The notes: generated by a model not told the origin, from the letters alone. 64,000 nt of DNA from Octopus vulgaris (GCA_951406725.2 OX597826.1:59954001-60018000), one strand, 5' to 3'; shown: positions 41,215 to 55,095, counted from the first letter of the stretch. Made by a program: numbers and translations.

Positions 41215-42228
41215 GGTACTACTCATAGTCCGTACTCAGTTTTGTGCTGAAGGAAGACTTGTTTACTTTCTCGTACATCGCCACTCCTTGCTATGGATGT
41301 AGCTTGTTCTAGCCTTTCTCTGAACTATGCTGCTCATTCAACTGGTAACAGCGTTAATTGTAATTCTGCTCATCACCTCTTACGATTATCTACTGTTAGC
41401 AAGGCTACTTTCCATGCCCTCTGCTAACATCTACTTATTGTTTCAGTCCTCTTGTGTTGAAATTTGATGAAGTCAACTTTGTTTTTTGTCCTTTCACGGT
41501 CGATAAATAAAGTACCAGCATTTAGTGGTAGATAATAAGAAATCATTAAAGCGAGGGGTATGATGCGTTGTGGTGAATTCTTCCGTTCTCTGCGTTGTAA
41601 ATTCAAAATTTCATATGGCCTACCATGCTGGTTGATTAATCCGTCACTCAACTAACTAACATCAGTTGTATGCTATTAGCAGGGGTCATTCTGTTGCGTG
41701 CATTCCAGTTAGACCCACTGTTTAAGGATTTCTTTTCCGTCCTCTCACCTGACAGAGGAGTACAGTAAAAATTCATTAGATCTGCTATATTCTCTAATAG
41801 AACTCTCCACATCTCTGAGTACAATATTAAAGTAGTCTTGTTCATACAAACACACATCCATACACAAGCAGATAAATTCATCGTGTAAACAATCACTACC
41901 TTAACTGACATAACTTATCCACTCATTTTACTTTATATTGAGCAAAGTAAAGTCGCTACTTTTTGCCCCACATCATTAACAAATCATGCAATATTGCTGC
42001 TGTCTTCTTCTTCTGATCAGGACTCACGCCATAAGCCACAAAGAGTAATCTCTAATTCGAGCCTACTCTAAGCTACTAAAAATGCGTGTGGCAACTTGAA
42101 GATCCACCCAACACACGCGATATACTGGTGGTTGCACGGGCGCGAGCTACGTTGTTATCCTCATTCCGTAAACGGTGGCTTTTAACGGGTGGAGAGCTGA
42201 ACCATACTGGGGTACAGAGAATTCGCAA

Positions 42229-42496
42229 TCTAGACTAGGGTCTGAGGTTTACCACACAATAGTGGGTTACACCATGGTTCCTCTGCTTTGTGGCAGAAGT
42301 AGAAAGAAAGAGTGAGAGAAAGTTGTGGGGAAAGAGTACAGCTGGGTTCCCCCACCCCATCCCACCCAGACCCGAGACTCGTGGAGCTTAGGTGTTTTTG
42401 CTCAATAAACACTCACAATGCCCGGTCTTGAAATCGAAACCGCGTTCTTACGACCGCGAGTCCGTTGCCCTAACCACTGGGCCATTGCACCTCCAC
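42229..42496 (-). mobile_element. SINE family D (tRNA-derived)
   Basis: Minus strand starts gtggaggtgcaatggcccagtggttaggg..ggactcgcggtcgtaag..ggtttcgattt (A and B boxes). Confidence 0.8.
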
Positions 42497-43479
42497 TGCT
42501 GCTGTTGTTGATATTATAGTCATACTTTAGATATTTTTCTTTTGTAATTGAAATTTCCAATTCTATTCATTTTGGGCAAGCATAGGTATCCGAGTTTGTT
42601 GTTTGATTATTTTCTTTTCGTTTGAAAATAAATCGAAACCGTGTTTCTGAATACGGCTTCTACCTCTGTGGTGAACATCTTGAATAAGCAGCCCGAAGGC
42701 AACTACATTCTTATTACCCTGCTAAATAATCCTTTGAATGCCTCCTCAGTGCAAACGTAGCAGCAGCAATAAAATGAGGTACTTAAAAAAGAAAGTCAGA
42801 TCTGTTTATTTAGGAATATCATATTTCAAGCAAACCACATAAAAAACCGGACAGGCAACACAAACAAATAGTAAAAGGTAGCTCATTACTCTCAAGAATG
42901 AAACAATAACAAACCAATACAGCTAATTTAAAGTGGACAAATATTACGAGAAATATAGTAGCGGACTCTCCCCACCCTCAGAACGAAATGGTGTTTCCGT
43001 AATCAAAGATTTCCTACAACTGATGTTCCCTAATGTCAAAAAATGATGCTATCTAATATTTTAACAAATTAATCTCCTCGACACCTAAAAAAGATTAATG
43101 CAGCACGAATGGCAAGAAGGTGAGAACTATTCTGCAGGGGGAAATGACAGGATTAGATATCATAATGTGCAGGTTTGTAGGAAACAATGCACACAACCTC
43201 TAATGTCTTTTGGGAACTTTTAGCAACACGGGACTTATCTGAGATGCAGGGAAAAAAAGGAACTTGAATATGCTACTATCCCAAGCAACAGTGAGTCTAT
43301 TTGGCGGAACTGGTAATATAGTGTCAGAGGTCTGCATTACCGAATTTTAACTGCCATAGAAACATATTTTTGGCTCAGAGAGAAAACAATCAGATTCGCC
43401 AAAAACTGAAGAAAACGTTAAAAAGTAAAGGCATGTGATTTTGACGCCGAGTAGTAAGTAAATAACATTGTGATGAATA

Positions 43480-44790
43480 AATGAATATTAAGAAAAATCC
43501 GTCTGCTTACAAGGCTGCAGGTGGGAAAATGTAAAAGGCTCTTATTTATGCAGAGGCCAATTACTAAACGGCAAATAACCATGTTTAAAGATTGTAATAG
43601 GGGAAAATAATGATGGAAACATAGCAAAGATTGACTGTTGGAAAGCTTTCGGCAATGTCATTTACTCTTCGATCCATCAGCCTCAACTAAGGCTGCGTCA
43701 ATAATAAGCAGATATATGAAGTAGCTCTAAAGTGCAAGTGGCAATCAACATTGCAAGTATAGAAACGAGAGAATTAAAACTATGTAGATATTCTTCCTCT
43801 ACTTAGTTAACACCTTTTAGCAACATACTGAAATTCCTTGTTTGTTTAGTTCCTTTACACGACATATTTAATTTGGTTGAAGTAAAATACGAATGCCACG
43901 GTTACTCAAACACTCAGTTTTGCATATAGATGACCCCAAGATATAGAATATAGCAAAGTAGCAACTAGAAGTCATATTGAAGAGTATGAAGTAAATTCAT
44001 TTCCAATTACCAGAAATATGAGCTGAGACAAATTTGAAGAGATAGGAAATCGCTTATGAGCATTAAGGTGTCATTAGGTAAGAAAATTCGAGAAAATGTT
44101 TACAGGATATTAGTAGTCAATGCAGTAGACAGAATAAAGCATATACAAAGAAAATTGAAAACATAGAACAGGATTATTAGAGAAATGTTAATTGAATACA
44201 TAAAACAAAAGTAAATGGATAGACAAAAGATAATAGGATTCGTTACTCTAGTTTTTCTAGAAAGAGATTATAGATAAAGTTTTAGAATGGAAGACTAAAC
44301 TGAAAAGCAATTATATTTGCTGCGTTTAAAATACACCATCTAAAATATGACATAAAAATGTGTATTTATCACCTAAACTGAGATGCAACACATTTGAAAA
44401 TAAAGCTACAAGAAATACCCACTGTAGCACTTCAAAATGATACGAAAAAAGTAATTGTAGACAAATATAAATGCTTAAACAAAACAAAGAAACTACTTTG
44501 TGCTTTAAAGGAATCCAGCCAACAGAGAAAAGATGCTGATATGACCGAGTGTTTCGAGGAGAATGTATAAAAACTAAAATTGCACAAACGTAAGGGAAAA
44601 AAATCTAAAGATACATGGAGAATGCCAAGAAAACACTGAAGATGATGTAAATAGATATTGAAATATCACAGCAATAGCCGAGAATCATGGGATGTGATTC
44701 TAGTGATGAGGCAGATGGATGCTTGATTGCAGCATACAAGCAAAGCCATCCCAGCAGAATCATCAAAAGTACGTAAACAAGCAGAAAAGA
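43480..44790 (+). mobile_element. Heavily decayed R4/Dong-type reverse transcriptase
   Basis: Motifs in the expected order: CRGQLLNGK (CKDQLLIDK), IAKIDCWKAFGNV (WIDYKKAFDSV), FLVCLVPL, HSVLHIDDPKI (HLLYMDDLKL), IDIEISQQ*, DGCLIAAYKQSHPSRNHQKY (EGFIIAAQDQSLPTRNYQK). Confidence 0.7.
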
Positions 44791-45236
44791 TTACGTAAAA
44801 ATTGAACATAGGGAGTTGGAACAATCAAAAACATACAATCACTGTGCGTAGAGCTTCACGTACATGACAGAACTTTAGTCAAGTGTCCATCTTCTCAAAC
44901 AGCTAAACTTTTTTCTAAAAACTAGAGCCTGCACATTGCTTCTTACATACAAGCTAACTGCGCATCATATTTTACTCTAAGACCCAAATTTCTCAATCCG
45001 TATTCACAATCTATCTTTTACTGCCCACGACAAAATGGCTGCTGAAATTTCTTTCCATAAAGTAGTCTTCATCTGCGACGACACAACTTTCTTTCCCTCC
45101 TCCTCTTCTGCCTTGCCATCCCCACCACCAGGATTTCAGTAACAACGATTTCAAGATCTCTATGGCTCGATGGTTTGCGCTCTCGTTTCCCAAATATACC
45201 TGTCACATCTCTTGGTCCTCGAACTCCACAAAATAC

Positions 45237-45458
45237 CTATTTCTTTACTACCCACAAGGGGCTAAATACAGAGAGGACAAACAAGGACAGACAAACGGAT
45301 TAAGTCGATTATATCGACCCCGGTGTGTAACTGGTACTTAATTTATCGACCCCGAAAGGATAAAAGACAAAGTCGACCTCGGCGGAATTTGAACTCAGAA
45401 CGTAGCGGCAGACGAAATACTGCTAGGCATTTCGCCCGGCGTGCTAACGATTCTGCCA
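45237..45458 (-). mobile_element. SINE family B
   Basis: Reverse complement of family B; short flanking duplication aatacc. Confidence 0.95.
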
Positions 45459-46617
45459 ATACCAGCATTCTTTTGACTTTATCATCTTTCCAATCACTAT
45501 CCTTTCGTCATTTATCACCATCACTATCTTCAACACTCACAAATTTTCATGGCTGTTACACTTGGAGACGGCTTGTCTCTCGCCTCCAACTATTAGGTAA
45601 TCCCAACACACAGATCTCTTCACTTCTGTCAATCCTTGTTCCTTCCTGCTCTCCAATTCTGCAATAACCACTTTCCGGAGTTACTGTTTATAATCACTTG
45701 TTGAGGTTATATCTACAGATATTCTTTAGAAATTATAGCCCCCACTGATATTTGTTACGGCTTTTCCTATACTTTGTAGAATATTAAGGTTGCATGACAA
45801 AATGTCGCGTCCCTACAAGTATTTAATCGCTTATAATCTTCTGCCTATTCATGATTTTGCTGCAAATTTTTGCCTATAAACGTTTAAGCGGACCACTAAA
45901 AATTTCTATCTCAACCTTACCAGTCACAGTGGACCTGTAAGTATCACAAAGGCACTGCTGCTGCCTCCAGATTATGAAAATACGCAAAAATACACACTCG
46001 CATCTATATTAATGTTATTTAATTAAATAGCAAACGGTTATGTGCACCAGACATAAAGCATGGAGCACACGATATTATGTTATATCACAATTCACTTAAA
46101 TGACAATTTCATGGAAAACGACTAAGATTATTTTGGTGATGTTACACCAAGATAGGAACTATCAATCGACCGAAACATTTGTCGCAACAAATGGTAATAT
46201 ACACTCAAAGAAACGGAGAACTTATCTACAAATAAAGATCTGGTTATAGAGATAACGTTAGTGTGGGGTTGCAGGGAAAGAAGGAATACTATCTATAATT
46301 ATTATAAGTTCATCCAAAATGGTACACAAACACGCAAAGTAAACACACACACACACACACACATGTATGCTTACACGTAAATCATCCAATATATATATTC
46401 TTTCGAGACTTACGTGAATTGCATAAGTATCGTGCTCGACTGAGAATCAGTACCAAATCTATCTATTTATCTACCTAGCATGCTACGCACATACACACAT
46501 GGGCACGCTCACAAACGTACAGACAAACACACACACACACACACGCACATGTAAATATCTAACGTACTAGCAGTTTCGTTTCATTGTTATAACGCATTAT
46601 ACTAACAGCACAGTAAT

Positions 46618-46779
46618 GGCGCAGGAGTGGCTGTGTGGTAAGTAGCTTGCATACCAACCAAATGGTTCTGGGTTCAGTGCCACTGCGTGGCACCTTGGGT
46701 AAGTGTCTTCTTCTATAGCTTCGGGCCGGCCAAATCCTTGTGAGTGGATTTGCTAGACAGAAACTGATAGAAGCACGTC

Positions 46780-46825
<46 letters not shown>

Positions 46826-47077
46826 AATAAATCAATAAATAATATATATACATATATGTGTGTATGTATATGTGTCTGTGTCTGTGTTCCCCCAACATCG
46901 CTTGACAACCGATGCTGGTGTGTTTACGTCCCCGTCATTAAGTGGTTCGGCAAGAGAGACCGATAGAATAAGAACTAGGCTTACAAAGAATAAGTTCTGG
47001 GGTCGATTTGCTCGACTAAAGGCGGTGCTCCAGCATGGCCGCAGTCAATGACTGCAACAAATAAAAGAAGAAAAGAA
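46618..47077 (+). mobile_element. SINE family A, full length
   Basis: ggcgcaggagtggctgtgtggtaagtagc...gggttcagt..cactgcgtggcaccttggg.aagtgtc (CORE-like)...internal (TA)n...tail. Confidence 0.95.
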
Positions 47078-47180
47078 TACTATACAAAATATGAATGTGC
47101 TACAGCAAAAATAGACAGTGCGTCGAGAGCATGTTTGTAGATAGAAAAATTGAGAACAGTTGTAAGTACGTTTCTTGATT

Positions 47181-47380
47181 TCTTTACTACCCACAAGGGG
47201 CTAAACACAGAGAGGACAAACAAGGACTGACAAACGGATTAAGTCGATTACATCGAGCCCAGTGCGTAACTGGTACTTAATTTATCGACCCCGAAAGGAT
47301 GAAAGGCAAAGTCAACCTCGGCGGAATTTGAACTCAGAACGTAGCGCCCGGCGTGGTAACGTTTCTGCCAGCACGCCACC
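47181..47380 (-). mobile_element. SINE family B with a ~45-bp flanking duplication
   Basis: Flanks 47135-47180 and 47381-47423 both read ttgtagatagaaaaat.g.gaacagttgtaag.ac..tcttgatt. Confidence 0.9.
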
Positions 47381-47989
47381 TTGTAGATAGAAAAATGGGA
47401 ACAGTTGTAAGCACATCTTGATTCTCCTTAGGCTCACCAAAAGCATCACCATAAATGCTTTAGCCATCCGCAAAAATCGTTTGTTTTAAATAGATTATTA
47501 AATTAACCTTAGATACATACCTGCAATATACTACAATATACATAATCAGCCTTGCTTACATAGCTGGAATATACTTTAAATTCTATCTTATTTAATCATC
47601 TCGACTTCGTTATATATGACTCTCTTGTATGCAGGCATATTTTAAATAAATATGTACAATGTTGTCGTGTCACAAAGCAATTATATATTTTATCGCTTGT
47701 CTACGACTATAAGAGGATGTATTCCTCTTATTAAAGATTTTCTATGAAGGGATAACATACAAAATATAACTTTAACATCTAATATGGTTTATGACACGTA
47801 TAGACTTCATGTCAGTAATTGTTTATTTAATTTCATAAATCAAAGAATTTTATATATCTAATAATATTGCCGTTTCTATTTTATTACCTATGTATAAACT
47901 GCCGAAGATTCTGGAAATTGATGAAGCATATTGAATATTTGTTGTAAAGGGTATATTTACACACACACACACGTACATACATAATGATA

Positions 47990-48200
<211 letters not shown>

Positions 48201-48619
48201 GACAGAGAGAGAGAGTGAGATAAATAGATAAGGGGACAGAGAGACAGAGAGACAGACAAGACAGACAAGACAGGCAAGACAGACAAAAAGAGGGACAGAG
48301 GATGAGAACGAGAGATGGTGGGAGACAGACATGTAGACAATAGGAGTTTCACGTATGGAAACAAATGGCATAAAACATACTAAATAACTGTAAAGTTCAT
48401 TTGGCTAATTTCTGCGATTATTCGGAGTTTTCACGCCCAATTCGTTCCGTCAGGTGGCAAGTTGTGGTGGAAAATGTTTCAGCTTCAGCCAAAATACAAT
48501 ATCGGTCAAAACACATTTACTGATCACATTCTAGAGCGGATTTAAGGCTTAACAACAACACCAACTACAAACACATAAACCTTCTCGCAATTCTACGAAT
48601 ATAACAACAATAACAACGG

Positions 48620-48698
<79 letters not shown>

Positions 48699-48790
48699 TA
48701 CTACTACTACTAGTGGTAGCGGTGGTGGTGACGAAGGTGTTGATGTTGATGGTGGTACTGGTGTAGGTAGTAGTAGTATTAGTAGTAGTT

Positions 48791-48830
<40 letters not shown>

Positions 48831-49102
48831 CAGCAGCAGCAGCATAGTAGTAGTAGTAGTAGTAGTAGTAGTATAACTTCAAATATTTCTTTCATTAGTA
48901 CTGATAATAATAAAGGTGACATGATGAAGAGGAGAATGAAAATGATCAAAGATGATGATGACGAGGACGACGACGTCAATCATGAATAGGGCGATTTCAA
49001 TGAAAACGATGATGATCAGGATGATGATGGTGGTGGTGGAGGTGGTGGTGATGTTACTGTTGTTGTTGTTGGTGTTGCTGGTGATGGTGGTGGTAGTGTT
49101 AC

Positions 49103-49133
<31 letters not shown>

Positions 49134-49530
49134 GATGTTACTGTTGTTGTTGTTGGTGGTGGTGGTGATGATGGTGGTGGTGGTGTTAGTGTTGTTGTTG
49201 TTGTTGTTGGCGGTGGTGGTATGGTGGTGGTGCTGGTGATGTTGCTGTTGTTGTTGTTGGTGGTGGTGGTGGTAGTGGTGATGGTGGTGGTGGTGGTAAT
49301 GGTGGTGTTGGTGGTAGTGTGGTGGTGGTGGGTGCTACTGTTGTTGTTGTTGGTGGTGGTGGTGGTGGTGATGGTGGTGATGGTGGTGGTGCTGGTGTTG
49401 GTGTGTTGGTGGTAGTGATGGTGGTGGTCGTGGTGGTCATGGTGGTGGTCATGGTGATGGTGGTGTTACTGTTGTTGTTGTTAATGGTGGTGGTGATGGT
49501 AATGATGACGTCGACGACGACGACTACAAC
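48620..49530. repeat. Trinucleotide low-complexity block (CTA)n,(GTA)n,(GGT/GTT/GAT)n
   Basis: Directly visible. Confidence 0.95.
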
Positions 49531-49918
49531 AATGATGATTTATAACATAGAAACACAAGCAGCATTTTGATAAGACCCAACCTATTCGGCAGTTAGCAAT
49601 TTCTTGTCCGCTATTACACTTCCCTCTTTTCCCCCGGAAGGATGAAAAGCTAAATAGCGATTAACAGATCTTGAATACCGCTAAATTACTACAGGGCATT
49701 TTACAGAGCACAATGACTATTTTGCTAAGACGAGGAGCTCTACCATTTACGGCACCCTATTAAAAGTATGGGTGAGTTTAGGGGCAATTGATAAAACAGA
49801 TCATTAGACTTCGTCTTCCGTTTTATAAAGAGTGATGTATTTCTGCTACTCAAAATGGTGGGCCGCGAACCGGTGCCGGTCCGTGGGTCATCAGCTGCCG
49901 GTACGTGTTGAGTTTCAA

Positions 49919-50150
49919 GGCGGCGAGCTGGCAGAAACGTTAGCACGCCGGGTGAAATGCTTAGCGGTAGTTCGTCTGCCGTTACGTTGTGAGTTCAAAT
50001 TCCGCCGAGGTCGACTTTGCCTATCATCCTTTCTGGGTCGATAAATTAAGTACCAGTTACGCACTGGGGGCCATATAATCGACTTAATACCTATGTCTGT
50101 CCTTGTTTGTCCCCTCTGTGTTTAGCCCCTTTGTGTGTAATAAAGAAATA
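49919..50150 (+). mobile_element. SINE family B, full length, 17-bp TSD
   Basis: TSD ggtacgtgttgagtttc at 49900-49916 and 50151-50167; gagttcaaattcc B box. Confidence 0.95.
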
Positions 50151-50288
50151 GGTACGTGTTGAGTTTCCAGAAAAGAAAGAAGCGATAGCATAATTTCTGT
50201 AATTTCGCCTCATGCACTGCAGTAAACAACTTGTCAGCTTATGTAATGTATTATTTGTTTACATCATTAAAAAGATTGTCAACTTATA

Positions 50289-50454
50289 GGCGTAGGAACG
50301 CCTGTGTGGTAAGTTGCTTGCTTAGCAACAACATGGTTCCGGGTTCAGTCTTGGCACCTTGGGCAAGTGTCTTCTACTATAGCCTCGAGCTGACCAAAGC
50401 CTTGTGAGTGGATTTGGTGGACGGAAACTGAAAGAAGCCCGCCGTATATATGTA

Positions 50455-50532
<78 letters not shown>

Positions 50533-50703
50533 TGTGTGTGTATGTTTGTGTGTCTGTGCTTGTCCCCCCCAACATCGCCTGGCAACCGATGCTGGTGTGT
50601 TTACGTCCGATAGAATAAGCACTAGGGGTCGATTTGCTCGACTAAAGGCGGTGCTCCACCATGGCCACAGTCACATGACTGAAACAGGTAAAAGAGAAAA
50701 AGA
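50289..50703 (+). mobile_element. SINE family A with small deletions
   Basis: Homologous to 46618-47077. Confidence 0.9.
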
Positions 50704-50965
50704 GAATTTTCATTATATTCATTATCTACATTGATTCCGGTATAAATTAATATTGGCACATTGGAAAACAGTAACTGTCGGTACGCCATATCAGATAGTT
50801 TGATAAGCACTGAGGTATATATGACACCAGATGAGATTTGCAGTGTAATAAGTGTAACGGTGTATGAATGTATGCGACCATGCGCGTGTGTTGAGGGAAT
50901 TATATTTGAATTTGTTGTATGTGACAGACTGTGGATGGGAGACTGCCATATGTTCAGGGTTCAGA

Positions 50966-51145
50966 TGGCAGAAACGTTACGTTCTGAGTTCAAATTCCGC
51001 CGAGGTCGACTTTGCCCTTCATCCTTTCGGGGTCGATTAAATAAGTATCAGTTACGCACTGGGGTCGATATAATTGACTTAATCCGTTTGCCCGTCCTTG
51101 TTTGTCCTCTCTGTGTTTAGCGCCTTGTGGGCACTACAAAAATAA
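50966..51145 (+). mobile_element. SINE family B, internally deleted, 18-bp TSD
   Basis: TSD atatgttcagggttcaga at 50948-50965 and 51146-51163. Confidence 0.9.
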
Positions 51146-51271
51146 ATATGTTCAGGGTTCAGAGTTCAGTTTCAGAGAAATAATTTGGGTGGAGTAATGA
51201 AATCGGATGGGATTTTGATTCAGACACTAATGACTTGAACATATGTGTGTGTGTGTGTGTGTGTGTGTGTA

Positions 51272-51480
51272 TACGTGCGCGCTTTGGGTAAAATAAAATA
51301 CAACAGGGTCAGTTACTTATGATTTTTATTCAACATATTCACCTCTCAGACTCAGAGACTCATTACAGCGGTCCCTCAGTTTTTCTATGCCCCGTAAAAC
51401 AAGTTGGAAGGTTGGGCCTCAAACCAGACGTTTCTCGGTACCCCGAGAGCCGGAAGCCTTTCAGCAACCCGTCACGTGTA
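51272..51480 (-). mobile_element. Mariner-derived MITE, diverged
   Basis: Reverse complement of the 36473 element (ttattcaacatattc, gggcctcaaaccag, tttcagcaaccc). Confidence 0.7.
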
Positions 51481-51932
51481 TGTATTTATGTATAATGTTT
51501 CGGTTAATACGTCTCCACAAGCTATACCGTTCCTACTAAACTATATACCAGATCACGGGCGTGGAATCACTATAGCAATGTCCTTCTTTCTGAATGCACG
51601 TATCTGTGCGCATAAGAATGAGAGGGAGGCAGAGAGAAAGAAGACGATGTGTGTGTCTATTTATCACCCGATGAGATGCATCTGCATCACTGGATGCTCC
51701 TGAACCAGCTGCTGACCTGTCCCACACTTGAGCTATCGATTCTAAACGTGACGAAACAATTGTCATAATTAATAAATTCTCGTATATTCCGTCTTCCGTC
51801 TTTCATTTGCCATATATGTATATATATAAAGTTAATCCAAACATGAAAGCACAAAAAAAAAAACACAACAACGCGAGGACGTGGAACAAATATAGTATTA
51901 TTTGACGCTCAGGAAAGAAGGAAAGAAGTGGG

Positions 51933-51967
51933 GTTTAATGTTTCGAGCAGAGCTCTTCGTCGGAAAC
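51933..51967 (-). ncRNA. Minimal hammerhead motif, degenerate, in a ~200-bp element between (TA)n tracts
   Basis: Minus strand: gttt CCGACGA a gagc tct gctc GAAA c a tt aaac; same family as 18536-18570. Confidence 0.55.
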
Positions 51968-52022
51968 ATAGGAGAAGGAGAGATCCAGAGAAGGGAAGAC
52001 AGAGGGAAAAAAAATCGCCAAC

Positions 52023-52066
<44 letters not shown>

Positions 52067-52151
52067 TTAAAATTAAGGATACAAATATAATCTGTATAGG
52101 ATTCTATCAAGTAACTAGCATGTAAAAACAAAGTAATGTATATAATTTTAC

Positions 52152-52566
52152 GAATATAATTATAAAATTATAATAAGGGCAACTACCAAGTAATGCCACA
52201 TGCTAGAAGACGCCAAATGACTCTAAACTACATTATCTATCATATAGACTCGCTGAAAGCAAGGGAATGAACAAAATCGTTTTCAAGAAGTTTTAGTCAT
52301 ATATCGATCGACTTCAGGTTTAGTGATGTAATACATTCTACCGTCATCTGTATGTTTATAATTATGTAATTTTGGTTATGTCATACTCATGATGGTAGTG
52401 TGTATATGATTACTAAACCTGAAATCGTTCGACATAAAGCTAAACTTTCTCGAAAAATCTTCTTTCTTTATAACCTCGTTTTTCAGATAGCATCTATGTA
52501 GTAAAGTAGTTGAGGCCTCTCCTTCTGCCTCGTAATTGACTTTATTGTAATTTTATAATTATATTC
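52152..52566. mobile_element. ~415-bp palindromic foldback element (MITE-like)
   Basis: The arms pair along their length: gaatataattataaaatta.aataa, tcga.cga.ttcaggtttagt.at and ctacc.tcat..gtatg each match their reverse complement on the other arm. Confidence 0.85.
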
Positions 52567-52578
52567 ATGAATTTATAC

Positions 52579-52636
<58 letters not shown>

Positions 52637-53604
52637 TATACGTATATATATTTGTATATATATTTATATATATATACACATACATATATATACGTATATA
52701 TATGCATATGTGTACGTATGTATATACACAAATATATGTTTATGCGTATGTATATATATATATATATGCATATATATTGTTTCTATACATATATGCTTCT
52801 ATCTAGTTATCTATCTATACGTATAAATGCATGCACGCATGCATGTATGTATACATACATACATACATACATACATGCAAGCAAGCAAGCATGCATACAT
52901 ATATACATGCGCAAACACAGGTTTTCTCCAAAATGAGACTATAACACAAGAGACTATAACACAATCTCTTGCCTACATAGGGATCGAAACCTAAAACCTG
53001 AATGTTAAAAAAGGAAATCTTCTACCATTCCACAGCAGCATGCTTGTGTCCACAGTGAGGAATTATGAATGTGTATTTGCGTATAAGATGTTCGCAAATC
53101 ACTTTCAGGTTTTCTAATTTGCTGGACAATGTAAAATAGCAGTCACAATTGGTGGTTGACAATCAGATGAATACTGATGGAAAATGTTGGAGTAGAGCAG
53201 CAGTGAATTGATGCATTGTCTTCGCTGCCTGTTGTGCCGCTTATTACTATTGCCTGTACACACATTTATCACAGCCTGTAAATTTATTAGCAACTGGATA
53301 CTGTGGAGGCAGATAAAAGATGAGAGGGAGAGAAGGAGAGAAGAGACGGTGAGATAAAAACATATGCGCCGGTGATGACGATTATAATTATTATATCGAC
53401 GACGACTACGACGACAACGACAATAATGGTGATGATGATGATGGTGATGATGACGATTATGGTGATGGTGGTTACGATCGTACTGATGAATATGATGATG
53501 ATGATGATGGGGAAGAGGAGTAAAAGTAAGATTCATAGTGAGCTCGAAAGAGTGTTAAATAAAAGGAATAGACATATAGACATGCAGATACAAACGTGTT
53601 TTTG

Positions 53605-53694
<90 letters not shown>

Positions 53695-53777
53695 AGTAGA
53701 CTTATAGATAGCCAGATACAAATGAGATTGTGTGTGTCGATATATATATAAATATTCACACAGACAAGCACGTTTGT

Positions 53778-53821
<44 letters not shown>

Positions 53822-53826
<5 letters not shown>

Positions 53827-54305
53827 TTAGAAAACTTAGATAAAACTTAGATATGTTTCGACCAGAGATTGGTCCAGGCCATGTCTAACTTAATAGCACC
53901 ACCTGATAGGATTATTCGAATCCTGTTTAAGTCAAGTTTTGTTCAAGTAGTGAGTTCTTGTTGGGTGAGTTGTATCCAGTTTTGTTCAAGTAGTGAGTTC
54001 TTGTTGGGTGAGTTGTATCCAATTATGGGTGGCTTATCTGGTATTCTTTGAAGGAATCTATCCAGACTCTGTTTGAAGTTGATGGGATCCTTTTCCTCTT
54101 TGATCTCCCTCGGGACAATGTTAAATAGGGCAGGGCCTGTTGAGGAAAAGAAATTATGTTGCAGTGTACATGTATGTTGTGATCTTGAATTTGGCAGGGG
54201 ACGTATAGCCCGTGGTCCAAGTCTCGGATGAACCTTGAAGCTAATGTTTAGGTCGTTTGGGCAAAGTTGGCGGTATATTTTCCACATCGTACAAATGATG
54301 TACCG

Positions 54306-54306
<1 letters not shown>
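53822..54306 (-). mobile_element. LINE 3' end (CR1/Jockey group) with a (ctaagtttt)n tail, inserted in (TA)n
   Basis: ORF remnant WKIYRQLCPN..FFSSTGPALFNIVPREIK..FKQSLDRFLQRIPDKP is typical of RT C-termini in this group; 43-bp tandem duplication at 53936-54021; aaaacttag x3 tail. Confidence 0.8.
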
Positions 54307-54345
<39 letters not shown>

Positions 54346-54375
54346 CATTTGTATCTGTCTATCTATAAGTCTACT

Positions 54376-54407
<32 letters not shown>

Positions 54408-54656
54408 TGTTTGTGTGTGTGTGTCCCCACACAGACAGACACGTTTGTATCTGTCTATCTTTAAGTCTACTTATTAAAATTATCCAGTGATTTTGCCGTG
54501 GCTTGAATTTACCGGTGTTTTCACATAAATACTGTGCATGGCATTTGAATTTACAAGTTGATTGTGTATATACATGATGAAACATTTCTATTGCCGGTCA
54601 GGATTCATGTTAGCCCCAAGGTAAAATCCTGATTTAATTTCTGTCTACAGGAATAT

Positions 54657-54718
54657 TTCCTCTGACGAGACGAATAGGTCCCTTAAGAGATCCCTAACGT
54701 CGAATTTGCAATAAAGAA
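54657..54718 (+). ncRNA. Type I hammerhead motif with a core substitution (GAAA to GAAT)
   Basis: ttcct CTGACGA gacg..cgtc GAAT ttgcaa TA aagaa. Confidence 0.6.
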
Positions 54719-55006
54719 TTAACCAGTTATTTTCAAGTTGTGGATTCTATTTGCCATGTCGCCCGAAGACAGTGTTTATCGTGAAAAGAAATAACATGAG
54801 TGATATAATGGCTTTATAGCGGTTTTGGCTGCTATATTTAGCATGTAAGTGTTTTTTCTAAACCCTCTTCGTTATAATTGTGACTTGTTCATAATTATAA
54901 ATGTTTTCCTTCTGCGTATTTTTGATAACATGTTTGGCCATTGATATATTTATAAATAATCTTAATTATTTATATATCTTCTTAATGTTTTACGTTGGTT
55001 TCTGCT

Positions 55007-55086
<80 letters not shown>

Positions 55087-55095
55087 TATATATGT

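Noticed and set aside
42229-42496. tRNA genes at SINE heads
   Set aside because: A/B boxes are present but there is no complete cloverleaf, and each head continues into a repeated SINE body
44880-45230. Possible AP-endonuclease remnant on the minus strand (FMERNFSSH resembling GDFNGH)
   Set aside because: A single weak motif, too degraded to support
49860-49900. Minus-strand CTGATGA followed by a GC-rich hairpin
   Set aside because: No correctly placed GAAA, stem III or stem I partner, so not called a hammerhead
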